Positions 57,806-64,000 of a DNA stretch of 64,000 nt are shown in pieces. The translations under genes were made by a program, and so were the position numbers. The stretch spans positions 8,099 through 72,098 of the forward strand of contig JACQYL010000001.1 of NCBI GenBank assembly GCA_016208165.1, written 5' to 3'. Under the pieces are notes generated by a model, which did no database searches, was not told the origin of the DNA, and saw only the letters and a list, made by a program, of their open reading frames with translations. How positions within the stretch are numbered: position 1 is the stretch's first letter; every line of letters begins with the position of its first letter. The DNA is from Deltaproteobacteria bacterium (GTDB taxonomy: Bacteria; Desulfobacterota; Desulfarculia; JACQYL01).

Positions 57806-58291
57806 TGAAGTACTCTCTCGCGACAGGACCGGTTCTTACTGAAAGCGACTCGAACGGCCAGGGGTAAAGGATGTTTTGTCTCTTCTGAAAACCATCGCCG
57901 GCTGTTTCGGGAGCTGGAGTGAAAACGAGAGAACAGACCGACACGCACTGAAACCTACACTGAGGAACGGATGAGTGTCAATGATATGGTTTGCATACGG
58001 ACGCCACGCACGAGTGGAAGAATCGATGACCGCCGGCGGCTGTCCAAATCCCGGCATCGCGAGGAGCACAACCCGCCCGCGCGTATGGGCGACGGGATGG
58101 AGAGCGTCGGACAACGGAACGTCTGTGTGGCGAATAGATCTTTGCGGGCGCTTTATGATAGATAGGATTGATGCATGCATAGACGGCGCTGCAGAAGGTT
58201 CTCACAAAACTGTTTTCAAGGCGGTTCCGCGGGCGCCGAAATCTTAAACAGGCTTGGCTCCGGGAGCCTGTTCCCCTCGGAAGGATACCAC

Positions 58292-58555
58292 ATGGCTAAG
58301 CATTCTCATGATTTTGTTGAAACGTACGTTGATCTGGTCGGATTCGGTATGGATCGGGAAATAGACGAAGCCACGGTTATCGTCATGCTGCAGAAACTCT
58401 CGGATGACGCGCTCATGGATCTGTTGCGGCATCGTCTTTCCGACGAGGAACTGAAGGACTTGTTCGAGATGGTCTCAAATTTGCTGAAAGAACACTTGTC
58501 CGAGGAAGAATACCATACGTTTTTTTTGAAGGACCGGGAGGAGGAGTCCCTCTGA
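58292..58555 (+). CDS. hypothetical small acidic protein
   Basis: 88 aa, helical and acidic (MAKHSHDFVETYVDLVGFG...LSDEELKDLFEMV). No recognised domain. Confidence 0.35.
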   Translation: MAKHSHDFVETYVDLVGFGMDREIDEATVIVMLQKLSDDALMDLLRHRLSDEELKDLFEMVSNLLKEHLSEEEYHTFFLKDREEESL

Positions 58556-59188
58556 ACGCATGCATTCCCGTTTTTTCCCGCCGGGATCATCTCCTTCGTT
58601 CAGCGTCGGCTGTCAGAACTCCATGGGTTTGGCGGATAACTTGTCAATCGTTTGACACACGGATAAAATATGAACAGAAGACGGGTAAGATGAGCAATGG
58701 CCGTATAGGAATACAGGATTGTTCTTCGATGAACGGGAAAGAAAAGAGGTTTCTTTTTTCCAGGAGCATCTCCGGTAAAGGTCCGTTCACAGGACGAGAA
58801 GCAAGGTGATGCCTGAGGTCTGTTCAGAGGGTCGAAATCGGCGTCTATTCGAGTTCTCCTGCAGCCCTCGTTCAGCCCACCGACGAGGGCCGGCAGGTCC
58901 CGTAAGGGCGGGTTTGAAACCCGCTCCCAGATCATGATCCGCCTTCACTTTTTCGGACGCGGGTAACCCTTGGTTCCCCTCCAATCAGGATGAGGCGGGG
59001 CGTGAGGAACTGTCGTAGTACGAGCCGGTCTCAGTATCAGACCATTCTTGGGATATCCGGGAGGTGTCGTGTTGGCGGGGCGACGGATTGGCGCATTTCA
59101 AAAGAGGCTTTCGAGCGAGCCTATTGGCACATAAATTGCTCGGTTTAGGGAAAAGCATGTTCCACGCGCCCGATAGACAAGTAAGAAA

Positions 59189-61018
59189 ATGGTGAATAAG
59201 ACCATGACACTCAGTCATATTATCCAAGAGGCGAACCGGAAGCTTGAAACCGAAAGGGACGAACTGGTCAAGGTCGCCAAGGCCGAAAAATACCGGGGTA
59301 CCGTTGATGAAATCATGGAATTCCTGGATCAATACGACGGCCATTTTCAAGACACCAATGTCCAGGTGGTGAAGGCGGCTTTGGAAACGTTTCTCAGACG
59401 TCTTTCTCCCCCTGCGCTTAAACTGACGATGGCTTCCATGAAGCGCCAGGTAGGTATACAACTGGGCTCGGCAACCCAGGAGCCCTCCAATTCAGCTTCC
59501 GGAGGTGGCTCAGTGATCTCTCAAAGCGATATCGACGCTCTGCTCAAGGGGGCCAACGCTTCCGAGGAATCTACAAGCGCTTTCGAACAATCAGAGATCG
59601 ACGCGCTTCTCGGGGAGATTGAGGAACTTGGCCCGCAGTCAGGGAAAAGGCCTTCGGGCACACCGGCGAAAAAGCCGTTGGAAAGGTCTCCCCAAGCATC
59701 CACCGATCTGGGAGATCCAGACTTGATCGTGGATCAATCCGCCATTGATGCGCTTCTTGCCGGAGTAAAAGAGGACGCGAGCGCCAAAAGAACGGCCGGT
59801 ACGCCTTTGGTTGCGAAGAAAACGCCCGGCAAGAGCGTTGGACACGAATCCCGCACAACGGAACGTCCGTTTTTTGAGGAAGAAATAGTCAGTCAAACGG
59901 ACATCGACGCCCTTCTTTCTCAGGGGATGGTGTCCAAAAAAGAAATCGGCGTGGAGGCGGAAAGAGCGCTGGATCCTTCGCTGGTGGAGGAACTGCTGGC
60001 GCAGATTCAAACGGATGCGAAGCCTGAAGAATCAGCGGTGGTGGAAGACGCATCGGACCTCTCTCCCGAGACGGGATTTCCGACATCAGAGGATACGAAT
60101 ATAGATCAATCCTCCATCGACGCTCTTTTTTCGCAGGAAGCGGGGTCGCAGAAAGCACTCGAGGCCGAGGCCCAGGCGGCGCTGGATCAGACTTCCGTGG
60201 AGGAGCTGCTGGCGCAGATTGAAACGGATGCGAAGCCTGAAGAATCAGCGGTGGTGGAAGACGCATCGGACCTCTCTCCCGAGACGGGATTTTCGTCGTC
60301 GGAGGATACGAATATAGTTCAATCCTCCATCGATGCTCTTTTTTCGCAGGAAGCGGCGCCGGAAGAAAAGGACCAACTTGCCGATAGGGATTCATGGCTC
60401 GTCAATGGAACATCCGGTATAGAGGAAGCAGAAGCTCTGCTCGCGCCCGAAGGAGGGCCGATGCAGGCTTTCCCGGAAGAGGAGATGCCGGCCGCCGGAG
60501 AGGCGGCTTCCCCGGAATCTGCGGAGATTCCCATGGCTCCGGATCTGGAAGCAGGCGACGTGCCGTTGGAGATTGAATTACCGCTTATTGAACCCGTGCC
60601 CGATCAGCAGCGTGTGGTGGACGCCATCGTCGAGGCTACACGGAAAAAAGTGTCACAGAATCTTCCGCCCGCCGGCAAGAATCAACCCTCGCCCGGTGAG
60701 CATGTCCAGGGCGCAGTCGTCGGCAAGGAGGCTGCATTCCGTTCGCAAGACATAGGCAGGGAGCGCATTTTAGAAGAAAGAGGCGAGGCGAAAGTGCTGG
60801 ACACCTTCTATCGGATCTATGCCTGCGTCAACGGAAGCTATGAACTCCTATCGGAATCGAGCAGCGCGGAAGAGACGAAACAAAAACTGATGACCGCATG
60901 GATGGATCACGCAGGGAAAGATATTGTAATCAAACGTGTAACCCGAAAAGAGGTGCTGGTCATTAAAGAGGACCTCGATGACGTTCCGGTTCGCCTGGAA
61001 GTCACGTTGGATTCCTGA
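59189..61018 (+). CDS. acidic protein with six repeats of a CheY-P-binding-like motif ([ST/Q]Q[ST][DEAS]IDAL[LF]); candidate multivalent CheY-binding scaffold
   Basis: Motifs SQSDIDALL, EQSEIDALL, DQSAIDALL, SQTDIDALL, DQSSIDALF and VQSSIDALF resemble the FliM/FliY/CheC N-terminal LSQxEIDALL motif. The C-terminal ~110 aa form a globular region. A fliN-like gene follows immediately. Confidence 0.6.
   Translation: MVNKTMTLSHIIQEANRKLETERDELVKVAKAEKYRGTVDEIMEFLDQYDGHFQDTNVQVVKAALETFLRRLSPPALKLTMASMKRQVGIQLGSATQEPSNSASGGGSVISQSDIDALLKGANASEESTSAFEQSEIDALLGEIEELGPQSGKRPSGTPAKKPLERSPQASTDLGDPDLIVDQSAIDALLAGVKEDASAKRTAGTPLVAKKTPGKSVGHESRTTERPFFEEEIVSQTDIDALLSQGMVSKKEIGVEAERALDPSLVEELLAQIQTDAKPEESAVVEDASDLSPETGFPTSEDTNIDQSSIDALFSQEAGSQKALEAEAQAALDQTSVEELLAQIETDAKPEESAVVEDASDLSPETGFSSSEDTNIVQSSIDALFSQEAAPEEKDQLADRDSWLVNGTSGIEEAEALLAPEGGPMQAFPEEEMPAAGEAASPESAEIPMAPDLEAGDVPLEIELPLIEPVPDQQRVVDAIVEATRKKVSQNLPPAGKNQPSPGEHVQGAVVGKEAAFRSQDIGRERILEERGEAKVLDTFYRIYACVNGSYELLSESSSAEETKQKLMTAWMDHAGKDIVIKRVTRKEVLVIKEDLDDVPVRLEVTLDS
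59968..60363 (+). repeat. near-perfect 210-bp tandem duplication (two copies) inside the multi-motif gene
   Basis: A 60-nt stretch (gaagcctgaagaatcagcggtggtggaagacgcatcggacctctctcccgagacgggattt) is identical at ~60014-60073 and ~60224-60283. The encoded 70-aa units differ at about six residues. Confidence 0.8.
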
Positions 61019-61046
61019 ACACGAATCGATGGTAAGGGCATAGGTT

Positions 61047-61496
61047 GTGGAAGAGAACGGCGTCAATACAACGGAAATGGACGATGCCTGGGAAGCCGCC
61101 CTGCGGGAGCAGCGGGACGCAGAAGCGGGTGTAACGCCGACCCAGGCTCAGGAAGACGAGAAAAGCCCGTCTCACCCGGTCCAACAGAGGGAACAGCGGC
61201 TTGGGGACGCTCTTGCGCCGTCACCCGGTACGGCAACCGTTGGTCTGGAACTCCTATTGAGTATTCCCGTTGAGGTGAGTGTCCGCTTGGGCGAGACAAA
61301 ACTGGTGGTGAACGATCTGATGCAGCTGGGCCAAGGAAGCATTGTCGAGCTGGATAAGTTGGCCGGCGCCGATTTGGATCTGATGATCAACGATGTGGTC
61401 ATGGGAAGGGGCGAAGTGGTCGTGGTGAACGATCGCTTCGGACTGAGGGTGACGGAGATCGTTTCACCGGAGGATCGAATCAAGGGACTCGGCTAG
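61047..61496 (+). CDS. FliN/SpoA-domain protein (flagellar motor switch/T3SS SctQ C-terminal-like)
   Basis: Reads LELLLSIPVEVSVRLGETKLVVNDLMQLGQGSIVELDKLAGADLDLMINDVVMGRGEVVVVNDRFGLRVTEIV, the SpoA domain. GTG start at 61047; an alternative ATG lies at 61077. Confidence 0.75.
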   Translation: MEENGVNTTEMDDAWEAALREQRDAEAGVTPTQAQEDEKSPSHPVQQREQRLGDALAPSPGTATVGLELLLSIPVEVSVRLGETKLVVNDLMQLGQGSIVELDKLAGADLDLMINDVVMGRGEVVVVNDRFGLRVTEIVSPEDRIKGLG

Positions 61497-61497
61497 C

Positions 61498-61965
61498 CTA
61501 ATAATCGTTTTCCGCCTCGGCTAAGCTTTGAAACAGCTCCGGGTACTGTTGGGCCCACTGAACAAAAAGAGCGAAATTAACGTAATCTCTGTAATAGACC
61601 ACGAGATCGTCTTGAAAGCGTACGAGCGTGCTACCCGGAACCGTCGCTTCCACACCGTTGTTGAATACCCCTCTCGCCTCCCATTCAACGAAAACCTGGT
61701 TGTCTTCCTGAACCGAGTTCATCACAAGATTCGGGGGAATGGTTTCGGCTTTCCAGATCAAGCGGGCCAGCTTGTTTCCTTTCCGAAGAAGTTGAAGAAC
61801 TTCTTTTCTCCCGAAGGTGGTAAGGTTATTTGCGTCCACGTAGGTCACGTCTTCGGTGAAGATTTCCTCCAGGCGAGCCCAGTTTGCATCCGGCAGCCAC
61901 TGCTCAAGAAAACGCTGAACGATTTCTTTCAACTGCATGTATGGTTCGCCTTTGAAAAGGAACAA
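61498..61965 (-). CDS. NTF2-like/SnoaL-like fold protein
   Basis: 155 aa, in a pattern typical of NTF2-like small proteins (DVTYVDANNLTTFGRKEVLQ...FVEWEARGVFNNGVEATVPGSTLVRFQDDLVVYYRDY). Confidence 0.5.
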   Translation of the reverse strand: MFLFKGEPYMQLKEIVQRFLEQWLPDANWARLEEIFTEDVTYVDANNLTTFGRKEVLQLLRKGNKLARLIWKAETIPPNLVMNSVQEDNQVFVEWEARGVFNNGVEATVPGSTLVRFQDDLVVYYRDYVNFALFVQWAQQYPELFQSLAEAENDY

Positions 61966-62178
61966 AGTGCTTGTTTTGAAGGAAATCCTGCCTCGGGCTC
62001 GCAGCAGAATGAAGGATTCTTGATCACCGCCTCGGCTGCGTTCCCTTCAATGGTTCGATAACAAGAAGCACTCGCGTCTCGGTTCCCCCCATCGGGCGAA
62101 CGTCCAGGTGCTTTACCCTGCGGGAGAGCAGGGAGGGCGGGTTGGACGCGCCCGATGGGGGGAACCGAGATTCCGGAT

Positions 62179-62580
62179 CTAGGAACTTTTCACGCGAGAT
62201 TGAATGTATTGGACAATTTCGGAGGTATACGTTCCCGGACCAAATATTCTGTCTATGCCTTTACTCAAGAGGCCGGGAATATCTTCCTCTGGGATGATGC
62301 CTCCGCCCAAAACAATAACGTCTTTCATGCCCTTCTCTTCCAGGAGTTCCATGATTCGGGGAAAGAGATAGTCATGAGCGCCTGATAATATGCTCAGCCC
62401 AATCACGTCTACGTCTTCCTGGAGGGCCGTTGTGGCGATTTGTTCGGGAGTCTGACGCAGGCCGGTGTATATTACTTCCATCCCCGCGTCTCGAAGCGCC
62501 GCTGAAATGACTTTGACACCACGGTCATGACCGTCCAGCCCCGGCTTTGCGGTCAAAACCCGGATTTTGCGTTCCGACAC
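62179..62580 (-). CDS. methylmalonyl-CoA mutase family small subunit (cobalamin-binding domain)
   Basis: Reads [43 protein letters not shown], the B12-binding DxHxxG motif. It sits 12 bp downstream of the catalytic subunit gene. Confidence 0.9.
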   Translation of the reverse strand: MSERKIRVLTAKPGLDGHDRGVKVISAALRDAGMEVIYTGLRQTPEQIATTALQEDVDVIGLSILSGAHDYLFPRIMELLEEKGMKDVIVLGGGIIPEEDIPGLLSKGIDRIFGPGTYTSEIVQYIQSRVKSS

Positions 62581-62592
62581 GGACTATTCCTC

Positions 62593-64000
62593 CTATATGA
62601 TCGCGCTAGGCTGGTATTCGCCGAAAACACCCCTCAGAACGTCACAGATCTCGCCCAACGTGGCGTATGCTTTAACGGCATCAAGGATCGGAACCATGAG
62701 GTTTTCGTTCCCACGAGCCGTCTCCTCGAGGTTCTTGAGGGCCGTTGCAGAGGCATTGGAATCGCGTTCCTTCTTTAATTTCGTGAGCTTGGCTATCTGC
62801 CGGTTTCTCACTTCAGGATCCACCCTCAACAGGTTCGAGGGTTTTTCGCTGTCGGTCTGGTAGATGTTCAATCCAACCACGCTTCGATCTCCGGATTCGA
62901 TGGCCTTCTGGTAGCCGTATGCCGCGTTCTGGATCTCTTTCTGGATGAATCCCTGTTCGATGGCTGGGACGGACCCGCCCAACTCGTCGATCCTGTTTAT
63001 ATAGGCTACCGCTCCCTCTTCGATCTTATTGGTCAGCGACTCAATGTAATACGACCCCGCCAAAGGATCTATGGTGTCGGTCACCCCGGTTTCGCAGGCA
63101 ATCAGTTGTTGAGTGCGAAGGGCGATCTGCACCGCTTCCTCGGTGGGTAATGAAAGCGCTTCATCCATGGAGTTGGTGTGCAGGGACTGAGTGCCGCCGA
63201 GCACGGCGCTCATGGCCTGGAAGGCCACCCGCACGATGTTGTTGGGCGGTTGCTGGGCCGTCAGTGTGCAGCCCGCCGTTTGTGTGTGGAAGCGGAGCAT
63301 CATGGAGCGGGGGTCCTTGGCCCCGAAACGCTCTTTCATGATCCTCGCCCAAAGCCTCCGGGCGGCGCGATACTTGGCGATTTCTTCGAGAAAATCCAAG
63401 TGGGAGTTGAAAAAGAACGAAAGCCTGGGTCCGAACTGGTCGACATCGAGCCCGGCATCGATGGCAGCCTGGACATAAGCGATTCCATTCGCCAGTGTGA
63501 ACGCCACCTCTTGGACGGCGGTGGAGCCCGCCTCGCGGATGTGATACCCGCTGATGCTGATGGAGTTCCACTGAGGAATCTGGTCCGAGCAATAAGCAAA
63601 AATGTCCGTGATGATTCTCATGGAGGGACGTGGTGGAAAAATATATGTGCCGCGGGACGAGTACTCTTTCAAAATGTCGTTCTGGATCGTGCCGCGGAGG
63701 TCCGCCTGCGCTACCCCCTGCTTCTCGGCGACCGCGATGTACATGGCCAGAAGCACCGACGCCGGAGAATTGATCGTCATGGATGTGCTCACCTGGCCGA
63801 GGGGAATACCGCTAAAAAGGGTTTCCATGTCCAGCAAGGAATCGATGGCCACACCCACCTTGCCCACCTCTCCCAACGAAAGTTGGTGATCCGAGTCGTA
63901 TCCGATCTGGGTAGGAAGATCGAAAGCCACGGAAAGGCCGGTTTGGCCCTGCCCGAGCAGGAATTTGTACCGCTCGTTGGTTTCTTCGGCGCTGGCGAAT
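62593..64000 (-). CDS. methylmalonyl-CoA mutase family large (catalytic) subunit; 5' end beyond window
   Basis: MCM motifs ...[35 protein letters not shown]... are read across the window edge. The TIM-barrel region continues ([18 protein letters not shown]). Confidence 0.9.
   Translation of the reverse strand, partial: FASAEETNERYKFLLGQGQTGLSVAFDLPTQIGYDSDHQLSLGEVGKVGVAIDSLLDMETLFSGIPLGQVSTSMTINSPASVLLAMYIAVAEKQGVAQADLRGTIQNDILKEYSSRGTYIFPPRPSMRIITDIFAYCSDQIPQWNSISISGYHIREAGSTAVQEVAFTLANGIAYVQAAIDAGLDVDQFGPRLSFFFNSHLDFLEEIAKYRAARRLWARIMKERFGAKDPRSMMLRFHTQTAGCTLTAQQPPNNIVRVAFQAMSAVLGGTQSLHTNSMDEALSLPTEEAVQIALRTQQLIACETGVTDTIDPLAGSYYIESLTNKIEEGAVAYINRIDELGGSVPAIEQGFIQKEIQNAAYGYQKAIESGDRSVVGLNIYQTDSEKPSNLLRVDPEVRNRQIAKLTKLKKERDSNASATALKNLEETARGNENLMVPILDAVKAYATLGEICDVLRGVFGEYQPSAII

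Noticed and set aside
58560-59188. GC-rich hairpin cluster (for example GCGGGTTTGAAACCCGC) suggestive of a structured ncRNA
   Set aside because: No match to RNase P, SRP, 6S or tmRNA consensus blocks could be recognised by eye. It is left as unannotated intergenic sequence.

Overview
This is a high-GC (~60%) chromosomal segment whose gene content suggests a deltaproteobacterium-like anaerobe. Pointers are AhbA/B-type alternative heme genes, Rex, an F0 ATP synthase operon, molybdopterin genes, sigma-54 regulation and many PAS/two-component proteins. All annotation is by eye from the six-frame translations, with no database searches.

Housekeeping genes, in order:
- nnr (partial), acpS, pdxJ and a class II aldolase.
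- A translationally coupled signalling operon: a 7-PAS protein, a PAS histidine kinase, a CheY-like regulator and a REC-HK-REC hybrid.
- An ahbA/B-like gene with hemL.
- atpZ-atpI-atpB-atpE followed by rex, with a terminator and a candidate Rex operator between them.
- A disrupted PduO-type corrinoid adenosyltransferase.
- A sensor kinase and a USP protein that share an N-terminal membrane module.
- A frameshifted IS1380-family transposase remnant.
- A HAMP adenylate cyclase, a MaoC dehydratase, an AraC/DJ-1 regulator and an MFS transporter.
- moaC-moaB, an acyl-CoA synthetase, an M16 peptidase pair and an alpha/beta hydrolase.
- An RND efflux pair with an overlapping Rieske protein.
- A sulfotransferase / hypothetical / GT2 operon and a UMF1-type MFS transporter.
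- A CsgG-like lipoprotein with a tandem duplicated domain.
- A complete psp operon (pspF divergent from pspABC, with a sigma-54 promoter).
- An MscS channel with a cNMP-binding domain.
- A protein with six CheY-binding-like motifs next to a fliN-like gene.
- A split methylmalonyl-CoA mutase that runs off the window end.

The most interesting locus is a lower-GC three-gene operon at 35641-38902. It encodes a stand-alone DUF262 (ParB/GmrSD-N-like) protein, an ABC-type ATPase and an unknown protein with a RelE/ParE-like C-terminus. It follows a 760-bp non-coding gap. I read it as a candidate uncharacterised anti-phage defence island.

Other accessory signals are an AT-rich islet with a Lys-rich ORFan at 52150-52740, two paralogous small secreted Cys-pair proteins, and an AT-rich USP gene.
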